This document shows, piece after piece, positions 34,141-48,589 of a stretch of 50,449 bases of DNA. Position 1 is the first letter of the stretch. Each line of letters opens with the position of its first letter. The notes under the pieces are model-generated. The model had not been told where the DNA came from. It made no database searches and saw nothing but the letters and a program-made list of their open reading frames with translations. The position numbers were made by a program, and so were the translations under genes. The stretch comes from Nemertoderma westbladi (Eukaryota; Animalia; Xenacoelomorpha), in the NCBI GenBank assembly GCA_032718475.1, contig JAUCBJ010008728.1:1-50449 (forward strand). Reading direction: 5' to 3'.

Positions 34141-37100
34141 AATTTAAATTAAATTTCTTCTAGCTTTCTCACTGAACACTAGTCCTATGGTGTTGACGCG
34201 AAGGTGGAGAAAGTGATTACAAACTATTTTGTTCAAGTTGCGGGCGCGCTGGTGGATCTACTGAAAGAACATGTTAGAATTATATTATAATGTATAGATT
34301 ATGATATATGTGTATATATAATGAAAGATTAGTTTTGTATTAGATAAATAATAGTGGTGAGGATTTGTGTGTTAAATATTATGTATGTGGGTGGGTTGGT
34401 TTAGGTTTGAGTATCTATAACATAATTTTCTTAACTTATATGACGGAATACCATGTCGCTGTCAACTTAATATTATGGTACTGTAATCTAAAAATGTAAT
34501 CAATGTAATCTTAATTAATATAATCTTAATTACTTTACAGTGCTAGAAAAGTTGGAGGAGCCGAGGAGTGTATCGCAATCGAAAAGATAGAAAACGAAAT
34601 CGAGACTGGAATTGAGAACTGGAATTTTGATTGGACTTATAAGAACTTATACCGTAAGGCCTATACATGTGCATAAAATAGGTCAACCTTTATTTATATT
34701 TATATCAAATTTTAATTGTTTGTTTCTTGCAATATCTTTTAAATTAATAATAAAATTGTAATAGATTGTCCTATTAGGTATCGGAACGTTCTGTGTTTTT
34801 ATACCTACGAGATTAGCACTACATTGGGGATTAACCAGACATTATTGTAAATTACTGTTGTTAGTTATATTTGCTATAAGATAATAAGATAAAAGCATTG
34901 CGTTTTTTTTACACATAATGCTAATATTATTACAGTATTCATATTATGATTATAATATTAATAAATAGCGTTTTTACCCATTGTTATTCTGTAATATTAT
35001 AAAACAAACCGCACCAATTTTGTTCAGGTGTATTAAGTTTTTGCATTTATAGAAATAACATTGTTTATATGGAAACTCTATGTAGGCCTTTTACAAGATA
35101 CCATGCATTTAATAACATTAAAATCATAATGTTTTAGTATTGATGTACTAATGTTAGAATAATAATGAGAAAAAGTGAGAAAATAAATCAGGAATGCTAT
35201 GAGAATGCTATGAAATAATTCCAATATTAGCTTAATGTTAGAATAACATTCGAATTGTAAGGGTGGGAAACCCACTAACTATTAGAATTCCAATGTTATA
35301 ATAACACTGATTAATATTGGTTACCGAATACTGCCGAAAGTGCACTTTTATTGCACAGGGTCCGAGCGCTTTGCCAAAAAAATATTAAAACTGGCATTAG
35401 TTTAACATTTGAATTTTAATATTTTATTATTTGAATAAAGATGTTAATAAACATTATTATAATGTTGCTATGGTTTGCTGGGTAACGAACATAAGAACTA
35501 TAAAAGTCCATCTAGGCATATAATTTTGTTATGCAATGCTCCTCGTTCACTCCTACCAAATTTCAGATGAATCTGATGGTTGGTTCTATAATTACACAGC
35601 TACTTCTACGTTTCTGTCAATTCGCCTTCCTAGCGGCAGACAGGTGAACTTTAAAGTCTGTCTGTGTGTATAATTTCTACTTAAGCAACGGCGATAACTG
35701 CCCGTTGAAGACATGGGAACTTGAAAGTCTAACCGTACAGTACATAAAATATGTTCAAACAAAAATAATGTTTATTAAAATCTACATTATTTTAGTTTTA
35801 GGTTAACTGAGGTAAATATTACATTGCAAGTCTTGTCTTACAGATCATGTTACTATTCATGTCATTTTTTGAGAAAGTTTGTCTGGCCCATTTGATTCAA
35901 AATTGATTTATTAAATTAAATGAACGGGAAAAGGGCCACCTTTACTATCATAAAGAATGAGATGATTTACATTAGGGCCACAAATATACATCTTTTACAG
36001 TGGCCTTTTGCATCCAAATTGATCTTACCAATAAACTGAACTGAAAAAGGGCCAGAATGAAATACAATGAGCTTAACAGCATTAGGGTAGGGCCATACTG
36101 TAGCGCCATGGAGATATTTATGGACAAGGCTCTTTAGAGCTAGAACTAGTAACGAATAACGAACATAAGAACTATAAAAGTCCGTCTAGGCATAGAATTT
36201 ATAATTATGCAATGCTCCTTGTTCACTCCTACCAAATTTCAGATGAATCTGATGGTTGGTTCTATAATTACACAGCTACTTCTACGTTTCTGTCAATTCG
36301 CCTTCCTAGCGGCAGACAGGTGAACTTTAAAGTCTGTCTGTGTGTATAATTTTTACTTAAGCAACGGCAATATCTGCCCGTTGAAGACATGGGAACTTTA
36401 AAGTCTAACCGTACAGTACATAAAATATGTTCAAACAAAAATAATGTTCATTAAAATCTACATTATTTTAGTTTTAGGTTAACTGAGGTAAATATTACAT
36501 TGCAAGTCTTACAAATCATGTTACTATTTATGTCATTTTTTGAGAAAGTTTGACTGGCCCATTTGATTCAAAATTGATTTATTAAATTAAATGAACGGGA
36601 AAAGGGCCACCTTTACTATCAAAGAATGAGATGATTTACATTAGGGCCACAAATATACATCTTTTACAGTGGCCTTTTGCATCCAAATTGATCTTACCAA
36701 TAAACTGAGATGAAAAAGGGCCAGAATGAAGTACAATGAGCTTTAACAGCATTAGGGCCATACTGTAGCGCCATGGAGATATTTATGGACAAGGCTCTTT
36801 AGAGCTAGAACATAGTAACGAATAACGAACATAAGAACTATAAAAGTCCGTCTAGGCATAGAATTTATAATTATGCAATGCTCCTTGTTCACTCCTACCA
36901 AATTTCAGATGAATCTGATGGTTGGTTCTATAATTACACAGCTACTTCTACGATTCTGTCAACTCGCCTCCCTAGCGGCAGACAGGTGAACTTTAAAGTC
37001 TGTCTGTGTGTATAATTTTTACTTAAGCAACGGCGATAACTGCCCGTTGAAGACATGGGAACTTGAAAGTCTAACCGTACAGTACATAAAATATGTTCAA

Positions 37101-38709
37101 ACAAAAATAATGTTTATTAAAATCTACATTATTTTAGTTTCAGGTTAACTGAGGTAAATATTACAATGCAAGTCTTACAAATCATGTTACTATTCATGTC
37201 ATTTTTTGAGAAAGTTTGACTGGCCCATTTGATTCAAAATTGATTTATTAAATTAAATGAACGGGAAAAGGGCCACCTTTACTATCATAAAGAATGAGAT
37301 GATTTACATTAGGGCCACAAATATACATCTTTTACAGTGGCCCATTTGCATCCAAATTGATCTTACCAATAAACTGAGCTGAAAAAGGGCCAGAATGAAA
37401 TACAATGAGCTTTAACAGCATTAGGGCCATACTGTATCGCCATGGAGATATTTATGGACAAGGCTCTTTAGAGCTAGAACATAGTAACGAATAACGAACA
37501 TAAGAACTATAAAAGTCCGTCTAGGCATAAAATTTATAATTATGCAATGCTCCTTGTTCACTCCTACCAAATTTCAGATGGAATCTGATGGTTGGCTCTA
37601 TAATTACACAGCTACAGTACTTCTACCATTCTGTAAATTTGCCCCCCTAGCGGCAGACAGGGGAACTTTAAAGTCTGTCTGAATTTAGAATTTCTAAATA
37701 AGCAATGCTTGTAGGTGTAGGTCACTCTTACCAAATTCCAAGAAGATATATCAACCATACATAAAATATGTTCAAACAAAAATAATGCTTATTATTTTTA
37801 CTTTCATTATTTTAGTTTACTTAACTGTGGTAATTACATTGCAAGTCTTACAATTCATGTTACTATTCATGTCATTTTTTGAGAAAGTTTGACTGGCCCA
37901 TTTGTTTCAAAATTGATTTATTAAATTAAATGAACGGGAAAAGGGCCACCTTTACTATCATAAAGAATGAGATGATTTACATTAGGGCCACAAATATACA
38001 TCATAGCATCCAAATTTATTTTACAAACAAACTGAACTGTAAGAATGAAGAGAAATAAGATAGGGCCATTGAGTTATATAGGTACACTATACCTACATAT
38101 CTCACTATATAGATATATAAGTTGGCCCTTTCGCTCGTTTTTTCATCTTTATGTATGTATATTAAAATGGTATATGTAGGAACATATATACACAAGATAT
38201 GTAGACATACTAATGGCCCTTTTTACTTCCATTCTGTGTTATATAGGTACATAATACCCTTCATTTCAAAGATACATATCTATGGCCCTTTAGGCCGAAC
38301 GTACATATATATATATATCTATTATAAATCAACTCAAAGGTTTATAAGCTAGTAGGCCTGTCATACAACAATTAGGTCTTAATATCAGTTGGACTTACTG
38401 CTTGAATAACGGTAATAGAGTAAACTAAAGTAACTAAGTAACCCTATAATTTCAGAAATTCAATTACTCTAAATAATTGATATACCGGTATCTATAATAA
38501 GCTTATTATCTATTTGTATATATTTGCATTGAAATTATATACCGGTATTCTGTGACAAACCTAGTCTGCCATACTTATATATACTATAAGTGTATACCGG
38601 TATTCTAATACTGTAATTAATTACCGGTACTAGGCCAACGGTCATACTGAATTACTAGACTTGCTTTAACTGTAACTATAGCAGTAAGCATTCAACTGTA
38701 TAACTAAGC

Positions 38710-41700
38710 ATGTCTGACACAAAGCAAAACCTGTCGGACAGTCTAATCGATACAACCATCTGTGACACAGATAGGAGTGTGGAGCAATTAAGAAAAGGGT
38801 TCAGCTCACCTCCTACTGAAAGAAAGGTCATCCCTCCAGTAGTAGTATCAGACCCTAGGCTAATCCAACACCGTAGGTCTATCATCGGCACTCGGGCCCA
38901 GGTCAAACGGAACCAAGAAGCAGCTGTCCTACAGCAGCAATATCCTAGTCAAGAACCTAGTTCCCAGCGACCCGATAGCTCCAGTAGTTCAGATACTGTA
39001 GAGCTGACCCCCGAACGCGGAGTGAAGATGGCGGATACAGCTTATTTGGATCCCCTTCTCACTCTTCCTGCCGCAGTCCTAACTACGATATTGATTGCGG
39101 TAGAGGAACACCAAGTCGATTGGTCGAGAAGTAAGCGAGCGACCCAAGATAGTTATGCGGGATACGCCAGGGAAGAATTGATGTCTATTGTCGAGTCACA
39201 ATGGAACTTTCCCGGACCCGGACTCCCGTTAGATTTGTCCGAAGCTACTTGGGAAGACATACACAGGATGGGAGTGACTAAAGATACGATGGATCCAGCT
39301 GTTTGGAAGAGGTCAGCAGCAGGATATGTGCAGGGATTCTTCGGCTCCTTAGAGCGATTAGAAGAACAACTGTTTCGACAACCTCAAGGACCTCAAGAGC
39401 AGGAAGAGCTGCTTTATCAAGTACGCGAAAGAACCCTACGCATTAGACTAATTCTATCAGCCTTTGAGGAAACTTCCAAAAGAAGACAGGACATGTCGCT
39501 GCAAGTTGCTGTCAAGACTTGGTTCCAGCGGGTAGGTCTCAAAGTTCAAGAAATGGCCCAGTGGAAATCCCAGCTGGCTGAGCGACCAACCTATGAAGAA
39601 TCAACCGATGCCACTTTTTCTCAAGTGGAAAGCGAAGTGACAGCAGAGAGACCGCGAACGAGAGACGCCATCGACATCTATCTGTCAGACTATCAGCGAT
39701 TCCTAGGAGATGAAGAGTTGAGGAGACGACTGTCTGGACTTCGCCCTAATAGTGAAGGAACCAAGCTTGTGTTGGACGCAATCGATGCGGAAATGTTAGC
39801 TGCAAACCAAGCTAAATTTGATGAACGACTCCGCCTCGCTAGAGTCCAAGAGGAATAAGTGAAGAAAAAACGTATAGAAGACAGAAAGGCGGTAGCAGCG
39901 GCAGTGGCAGCGGCAGAAGCAGAAAGAAAGATAGCAGTGGCAGAAGCAGAAAGGAGAGCATCTGAAGAGACCACCCAACTGGAGTTGGAAAATCTTCAAG
40001 AGACGCAAGACTGCATAAATAAACAGTTAACTGCTAGTCAAATGCAGATGATGAGACGATCTACTCCCAAACCCAAGGATACACATCATTGGAGGAAGGC
40101 GAGACCACCGATCCTGAAAGCGGAGGAAATAGATCTCGTCTAAGCAGGCGTAGAAAAACATCTCACCGTCACAAATTGCCTGAGTTGCCTCCAGCTGTTA
40201 GAAGACAACTAGCTAGCACAGGCTTAGGTAGTACGGGACCCACAGACCTAAATGTTACTGTAAAAAGACTCCCTACTATAGTCGATGAGCCTGAAATAAT
40301 TAGGCCTGTCGTTCCCAAAGCCACTCCTGTGCTGGAGACACCTGTACTTCCAGAGTCTAACTCTAAATTCCCTTTACACAGTACTACACTGCCTGTACCC
40401 GGTAGAACAGTCCATGAGAATATCCCTGTCCTGGATGCCGAGAGAGAAATCAAAGATTTGTCTCCCGTCGTCCCGCGTCTGCCCGCTACAATGTTGGCGA
40501 CTCCCGCTTCGGCGGTCGAGTGGGTAGAGGAGGGACGGCGGGGGATGGATCTCCTGCTCGGACAGATGCAGGAGACTGTCCACCAACTCAAGGGAACAGT
40601 AAGGGAAAGTAAGTTAGAATTGCAAGAAGTGCAGCAAAGCATAGCACTAGAACGCGACAAATTAGTCAATATACAAAAGGGTATACCAATACCGGTACCC
40701 CCTGTAACATTGTGTCAACCTGTTAGGTCTGAAGTATTACATGCGCAAGGTGTGGAGCCTACACGCATCTATACAGCTAGTGAAGTAGAAACTCCTATAG
40801 CAAACCCTATTAAGGGTGATTATAAACCTGTTGTTAATGATATTCCCTATAGACCTGATAATAATCCGAGAAATTTATATACCGATAATTCGATATTAAA
40901 TAACACGATGGCCCAAGAAAGCTTTACGCGTCAGATGGCTAGAACAGAAGCCCGCCAAGCGGTCAAAGTGGGAGAAATCGTCAAATTCAATGGAGACGAG
41001 ATGAAATGGTTACCTTTTAATGAATATTACAAAGATAACATACAGAACTCTGTACTATCTAACGGAGAGAAACTTAGATTCCTCATCAAGTGTTTGGAAG
41101 GACCTCCCAAGTTAATGGCGTTAAAGTTTATTGGACATCCAGATGGATTAAGACAAGTTTGGGATACATTAAACATCAGGTATGGTAACAGCGATAACAT
41201 AGCTAAGTATTTGTATGCAAAATTAGTAGCCCCCCGAAAGTTCATTAGTAGCGAGATTATAGAGTTTTCCGATGAGATTCAGGAGATCTGTAGACAATTG
41301 GATTGGCTAGGTAAGTCTCATGAATATCAGAGTTCCATGGTTATTGGAGCCGTAGTCTCTACTTTACCAAAGGGTGGAGTATGTACACGCTGGGACAAGA
41401 AAGTGTTGTATATGATGGAGCAGCAACGACGAGGCCCTACCATGGCTGATCTCATGTCCTTTTTAGACGGTGAAGTAAAATTACAACTCATAAAGCAGTC
41501 CAGAGAGAAAACATCGGAAAATAAGGTAAGTGAGAAACCCGTTTCTAGGAGAAGAGTAACACCAGTGTGTTATACTGACGACGGCGAAAGCCAAGCTTCT
41601 CAAGAAGAGGACAGCGGGAAAGACACTGACAGATTTTACTACGTTAACAAAACTTCAAAGGACGTAAGTAAATATAAGGCTCGAACCCATGACAGGAGAG

Positions 41701-44700
41701 AACAGGTTGCTAAGACTCCTCCTCAGTCTCCTAACAGAATGCACGGAAGAAAGCCCGAAGAAAGAACGAGAGTGCATAACGTTACCCAAGGTAAAGTGAG
41801 TAACATCAAACCAAACTGTGCGCTGTGCGACGGGCCCCACCGTTTGAGTGCGTGTGCGGAATTCCTAAAGAAATCCCTGGTAGACAGACGTGAAGTCATG
41901 TGGGATAAGCGGTTATGCTATAATTGCCTCAGACAAGGACACCAACGGCGAACCTGTTACTCCGACGTGAGGTGTGCAAAGTGCGGTGCGAAACATCACA
42001 TCTTGTTACACAGTGAATTCGAACGAAACAGCCTGAGTCAGGTAAGTGAGCCCGAACTACATGTCCAATTCAGTGATATAAATGACACTGATCAAGAATC
42101 TGAGATGGAAGGATTCTATACGGACGAATTCTCCGACGCCAACGAATCCTGTTACCTAATAAATACCGCAGTGTATCGAGCACTTACTTATGAAAAGGAC
42201 ACCGACAATGAGTTCCCCCCTATTACCTTTGACAGACAACCATCTTGGAAAGCTCCAACTTCCAACGTAGGAATCAGAGAATTTCCTGTAGTGCAGGTAA
42301 GAGTTCACGGTCCTAACAAAAGTTACATAGTGAACGCCCTCCTTGACTCCGGCAGCACAGGAACATTCATCGATCAGGAACTAGCCGAAGACATCTTTGC
42401 TGGACAACCCAAATTCCGAACTAATTTGAATATGTCAGGAATTATGCAAGTATGGAAATCTACCATAACGGCAGATTACTATGTAGGTGCGTTGTCCACC
42501 CCCCAGGATAAATTAGGAGAACAAAGTATAAGGTCAGTAAAAATGGTGGCTATAAAGAACTTCGCTACTACCCAAGTAGAACCTTATAACTGGGACGAGG
42601 ACGAGAGCATCCAACAGCTTAAGATACCTCGATTCCAGACAGATTATCCTGGAGTGCAAATACTCATCGGCCAAAACGCGCATGAGGCGCTCGAGACATT
42701 GGAGAAACGGCCTGCTCAACCGCAGCCACTACAAACCTATGCGGTAAGAACTAGAGTAGGTTGGTACTTTACTGGCGCTTCCCGCAGAACTCTCGAAGAG
42801 AGACTACCACAAGAACGAATATACCAAGTAAATGATTGGGAAGTGGAGAGCAGTGAGGTGGACGAACTAACTGAGGGAACACCATACTCCTCAGATAATG
42901 ACGACATCTACCAACTCTTCGATGAAGAGAACACAATCGACCTACTTACAGAAGACAAAACTTGGAAAAACCAGGTGAACCTATGTCAACTGATTCGCCC
43001 ATCGGGACCCATTGATTACAATGACGAACTCAATGATGAGATAGAGCGCTACAACGCTAGAACTCGGGACGTACTCGCCGTACGATTCTTTATTCAAGAA
43101 TTGGTAGAGCCCAATTCATACGATAAGGCCCTATCGATAGAAGAAGAAAGAGCCAAGCAAATCCAGGAAACAACTACACGTTTTTTAAAAGATCAAGGTA
43201 GATATGAAATCGGCCTACCATTTCGAAAACAAGAACCTAGATTTATAAATAACAGACCCTTGGCAGAGAAAAGAATCACTCAATTACATCGACGCCTTAC
43301 GGCAAATGCTTCAGCTAAAGAAATGTACCAAACTCAGTTGAAGAAATTTATCACAAAAGGATACGCGGAGCGAGTACCGGAAGGAACACCAATAACTGAG
43401 AGAACGTATTACTTAACACATCATTACGTTCCCAAACCCGGTAAACCCCATGAAGTACGAGTCGTATTCGATGGCTCCGCTCTATATATGGGCCAATCCC
43501 TCAATTCCGAGTTGTTACCAGGACCCAACTTACTCCAATCCTTGTTGGGAATACTTTTAAGATTAAGACAATATTCCATCGCGTTCGCCTCCGATATAGA
43601 AGGAATGTTCTTACAAGTCAAGGCGCTGGATAGAGATAGAGACAGCCTAAGATTTCTGTGGTGGCCTGAAGGAGATCTCAACCAGAAACCGGTAGAGTAC
43701 TGGATGACCATCCAGGCTTTTGGGATCATATCAAGCCCTTCCAACGCCTGCTCCGTGGTGCGGACCACTGCGAATGACAACCGGGACGCCTTCTCAAAAG
43801 AGGTGATAGATAACATCAAACGTGATATATACATGGACGACAATTTAAAGTCCCTTCCATCAGTAGAAGAAGCCCTTGATGTCGCAAAAGGAACGGTAGA
43901 GTGTTTGAAAAGAGGTGGATTTCGACTGACGAAATTCACCAGCAACTCCCGTGAGTTTCTGGAAGCGATACCGGTAGAAGACCGAGGAACGAAAGACCTA
44001 GACTTAATAAAGGACGATCTTCCAGAAACCAAGACGCTTGGCTTGAAGTGGGACACAGAAAGAGATATCCTGTTTTTTCAGCTAAAACAGCGAGATAATC
44101 CAGTTCGGACCAAACGGATTTGTTTAAGTATCCTGAGCACTTATTTCGACCCATTGGGATTTATTAGCCCAGTTATATTGATTGCTCGGAGTTTAGTACA
44201 ACAAATGTGGCTTGAAAACCACTCCTGGGACGATCCACTTAAGGGAGAACTGTTAAAGAAGTGGATGAAATGGGAAGATTCTCTACCTGCCATCGAGAGC
44301 TTTGTAATTTCCCGTGCATATTTTGGTCATGTTCTCCCTACGTATTCCTATCAACTCCATGTGTTTGGAGACGCCAGCGATATGGGAATAGGTATAGTAG
44401 CATATCTGCGAGTCGAAACTCCGGATGGAATCAAAGTCGCCTTGGTTACCTCTAAGGCATTGATTAACAACAAGTTAAAGGTTCCTCGAGCGGAGTTAAA
44501 AGCGGCTTTATACGCTACAGCCATCGGCCGGAACGTAACAGAACAAATCGACTATCCACTGGAGAAAACTGTTTATTGGACCGACGCTTTACTCGTGTTG
44601 GAGTATATAACCAATAAGTCTGTCAGTTCAGCGTTTTTGTTACTAACAGAGTAGCCATTATTCTTAGTCGCACAAAGATAGATCAATGGAGACATTGCCC

Positions 44701-46688
44701 TGGTACGATTAATCCAGCCGATATCGCCTCCAGGGGAGCAACTCCACAGGAACTGATAGATACTCCAGACTGGTTGGGTGGACCCGACTTCCTGAGCAAG
44801 GAAGAGGATGAATGGCCTCCTCACCTTACTACGGCGGAGATTAGACAAGCCAAGGGAGCGGAGAAAGTCAAACCTAAAACCCGGGCGAGTAAATCGAAGT
44901 TATTTAAACCGATAATCGATCTATCTGTATTACATACTTCCGGAAACGATGCTTCGGATCCACAATCCTTCGCCACAAATAAGTCTGTTGTGGAAATTAG
45001 AGATAGAGATTGGAAATCTGGAATACCAGACGTCTCGCAAGGAATCTCACCCCTGCTGCAGAGAGCAATGCATCACTACAGTTCCTGGAATCGGCTCTGT
45101 AAGGCCGTCACATATTTAAGGCGATGTTTTCATCATCACTACTCCAGGACGAAGAACACTAGTGATACTGCTCCATTGACATCTGCGCAAGTTCATGTTA
45201 TTAAAGATCTCCCTAAGTATAAGATATCCGACCGGTTTCTAAAGGAGAAAATCAGTTACCAGGAGCATGAAGAAACCAATAAACAGATACTGAGACTCCT
45301 GCAATGCTATGAAGATTCCGATAAGTATTTCCTGTTGTTGAGAAATCCACAGATGCGCTTAAGGGATCGCTTCTCTAGCACAATGATAGATGGGTTAATA
45401 CGTGTTGGAGGAAGGCTCACCAATGCGCCATTATCCTTTGACACTAAATTCCCCATACTCATTAGAAATCTTGAAGTACAAATCAAGATGATTGTAGATG
45501 TTCACAGTAAACTTTATCATGCTGGTAGAGAACGAGTTCTTAGCGAAATCCGAACTCGCTATTATTTTTATAAACCCCGTAGAGCTCTGAACCAAGTTCT
45601 TAGGAACTGCATACCCTGTAGGAAAGCATTCAGTAGGCCTTTAACACAGCGAGAGGCAGAATTACCTAGGGAACGAGTAAGCTTCTATGAACCACCCTTT
45701 ACTAATACTGGTGTAGATTTATTTGGCCCTATTGAAGTATATCGTGCTAGGACTATAGTCAAGAGATGGTGTGTCATCTTCGTATGCATGACTTGTAGAG
45801 CCATCCATCTCGATATGGTGAACGATCTATCTACCAACAGCTTCGTCTTAAGTTTACGCCGACAGATCGCTCGCTTCGGGACTAGTAATACCATGAGATC
45901 GGATAAGGGAACGAACTTCATTGGTGCCAACAACGAAATCCAGGCTTACGTGAAGGACTGGAATCAAAGACAGGTGGACGATCAGCTAAGGATAACAGCG
46001 TCTAGCTGGACCTTCAACACCGCCGACGCCCCTTGGTGGGGAGGAAGTTGGGAGAGATTAATTAGAAGTGTCAAGACCGCATTTCACTTTAGACGAAATT
46101 TTGCGGACGTTAATGGAGGAAATCGCTGCCTATCTCAACGAGAGACCGCTTATGCCAGTCTCATCGAGTCCCGATTCCCTGGAAGCGCTAACACCCGCGC
46201 ACTTCCTACTGAAGAAACCTGTAGCCATGCTCCCACGATCGGAGATTGCCGACGGAGACGAATACTGCCGTCGAACCTGGCAACTTATGCAGTTGCTATC
46301 CCGTCGTTTTGCTGACCATTTCGAGAAACATTATCTGCCCACGCTACAACTTCGAACTAAGTGGTTTGCGCAGCAAGAAAACGTCAGCGCCGGAGACATG
46401 GTGCTTATTGTAGATTCAGACCTTCCACGTAAACGGTGGCAGACAGGTCGTATCATCGAGACTCACATCTCGGATGATGGTTTAGTGCGCTCGGTAGAAC
46501 TCGTCGTCATGCGGCGTAACTTCAAGAAGCCAGGCATAATATTTGAGACGCAACAGCTCAATCGCCCAGTTGGTCGTTTATGTTTACTGGAAAGAGACCG
46601 AGAACTCTCCGGAAACTATGGAAGGCAAGACACTCTTCCCACGACCACCTCCCTAATTCCTCAAACATCTAGGGACTCCCCAACGTGA
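38710..46688 (+). pseudogene. Bel/Pao retrotransposon copy 2 gag-pol, decayed
   Basis: Colinear with copy 1 (Gag knuckles, ALLDSGST, IYMDD, RNase H, integrase). Premature TAA at 39856-39858, frameshifts at ~40035 and ~44618, and a small deletion/frameshift at ~46088. Confidence 0.93.
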
Positions 46689-47014
46689 TACGTCTGGAGT
46701 GGGTGCATGACTATATTATTTTATCTATTTTATTATATTTTTATATGCGAACATTATTATGTACTTTATTATAATCGTTTTATTTAATTTTATTTAGTAG
46801 AATGTTATTTTAGATTATTTAGTAGATTAGTGCAATATATTAGTGTTTATTACGTAATTACATATAATATATATTTAGTGTGACGGCGAGAAATAATTCT
46901 TTTTCTCTTTCCTTACTGTCCGTATTATATTATAAATACGAGACTACAGTAAGATGACATGTCAGTACTTATTAAAGTACAATAAAGCTCCTACTATATT
47001 TAAATATTATTGGT

Positions 47015-47102
47015 AGGCAGAGTATTAGGAATGCAAAGTTCAGATCCTCGTGTCTCGGCTAAACCAAGCTCTGGGTAGACCTTGGAAACGACTTGCCTCT
47101 TC
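47015..47102. ncRNA. Candidate conserved structured cis-element shared with copy 1 (151-237)
   Basis: GAATGCA.A.TTC.GATCCT....TCGGC.AAA...GGTA.A...TGGAAACGAC.TGCC.CTTC is conserved in both copies while flanks are not alignable by eye; nested complementary stems are present. Confidence 0.5.
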
Positions 47103-47233
47103 ACACTGACATTGCTTCGTGCGATATTGCTCTTCTACCTTATATTAAATAATACATATAGTAGCGTGATGTCCCTCTAACAGTAGCGTAAAACGCAAAT
47201 AAATCTGTTAAACCTTTTGACCATCTGTAATTG

Positions 47234-47460
47234 TAGTCGATTAAGATATCGCGGCACCCACCGATATACTTAAAAGACAAAATTCTAGAATCAGTGGTTA
47301 ACGTCCCCAGACAAGTTCTGGAATAAATCGGTGCCTATCTTAAATATTAATTTAATATTTATTAAAATCTGTAAAATTCAGATCCTTTAACAATTCTAGT
47401 CGATTAAGATATCGTAGCATTTACCGATACTCTTAAAAAGACAAATTCATAGAATCAAGG
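47234..47460 (+). repeat. Two diverged hairpin repeats ~163 bp apart downstream of copy 2
   Basis: TAGTCGATTAAGATATCG-loop-CGATA..CTTAAAAGACAAA at ~47234 and ~47398. Confidence 0.7.
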
Positions 47461-48589
47461 ATCATATGTCCCCAGATATAAAATTGTGAATAATGGAATC
47501 TGGAATAAAATTGTGTCAATTTTCCCATCAAATAATAAAATTCACGGGAATAGATTTAAATTCATATCTTTAATTCTTTAATGAATTTAATAAATTGTCA
47601 TTTTATACATTCCCAAAATTCCATTAATTAATAGATCACGGGAGCGGAGATTCATCCTATTGAGTGTATTAGAGTGCGAGAATCTCCAACATATAGTCAA
47701 TAGCCGATAAAATTCATAAAATCATATATAAAGAGGATATTGACAATTAAAGAATTACTATTAAATAGCATACCAGATCTGTATGCATGAGAATTACCCT
47801 AATTCTACCGCTAGCTTTCCATAATGTCGCCATAGCAACACCCACGCTAGAATTAGAAGCAAGTAAAAGAACAAGCTGGCAAGCCTGGAGGGTTCACGGT
47901 CCTCCTACTTAATCAGTACAATAATAATACGTTTTCGTTCGGGTAGGCCTATGTTTCCTTTTCACTTGTTCCCATCGTAGGCGACCTCATGCTCATCCCA
48001 CCACGACCACGACCACCAGTTACGAGTTGGGTAGGCGTCTACCGGCAACCGGTAAGTAATTACGCGCCACACGACGTCATCCCGCCATCCGCCAACATTT
48101 ATACCGGTACGGTAAGCCTACCACCTACCGGCTGGCTACCATCGCACCGTCTGACCGTAGGTCTACCGCCTACGCCTACCGGTCAACCGGTAACGGTAGG
48201 CTACCGCGTACCGGTACAGCGGTACTCAAAGTCGTACCGGTATTGTCGTAATTGACAAATGCAGGATTAAACCGTAACCCGTTCCGGTACAGGTACCATA
48301 TGCATCTGAACGACTGGACGGTTAATCTCATAGCATAGCTGCATAGGCCTACCGGTAGTCAGTGCGAAGTCGCCTGCGAACATGGCGAAATATTATATTT
48401 ACTGCTAGGGCTACTGGGCTAGGCTAGGACCTACTGCTGTACTGACCTATGACAGTATGAAGATAGGGAGATAGGCCTACAGTGGTCAGGTAGTACCGGT
48501 CCGGTATGCCTACTACAGGCAGACAATCAGACAGTACTAGCAGTGCTAATTAATTACCTTAATTAAATCTTCAATTAGGCCATAATGTA

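Larger units (their letters stand above)
29893..35482. mobile_element. Non-autonomous EnSpm/CACTA-like DNA transposon (CCC termini)
   Basis: TIR CCCTGCAAACCA / TGGTTTGCTGGG (1 mismatch); TA duplication at 29891-29892 and 35483-35484, confirmed by uninterrupted array units; subterminal TTATTCTAATGTT / AATGTTAGAATAA-type repeats at both ends. Confidence 0.8.
29245..38000 (+). repeat. ~670-bp tandem repeat array (about 5 units) interrupted by an insertion
   Basis: Marker ACGAACATAAGAAC recurs at 35485, 36159, 36825 and 37494 (periods 674, 666, 669). The first unit at ~29245-29892 joins seamlessly to 35485 when 29893-35484 is removed. Confidence 0.9.

Noticed and set aside
35483-38000. Hammerhead-containing retrozyme array or CRISPR array
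   Set aside because: CTGATGG lacks the CTGANGA/GAAA core with proper stems; units are long and near-identical with no unique spacers.
39856-39861. Programmed stop readthrough in copy 2 gag
   Set aside because: Copy 1 is open at this region and copy 2 has several other lesions, so decay is simpler.
47031-47098. HDV-like ribozyme (AGA-TCCTCGTG-TCT resembles P3/L3)
   Set aside because: No convincing P1, no GG for P1.1, and the homologous copy has loop TCCTTTATT; kept only as an unknown motif.
46689-48000. LTR, PPT or PBS of copy 2
   Set aside because: No convincing PPT-TG junction or tRNA-complementary site on either strand, and no paired repeat upstream.
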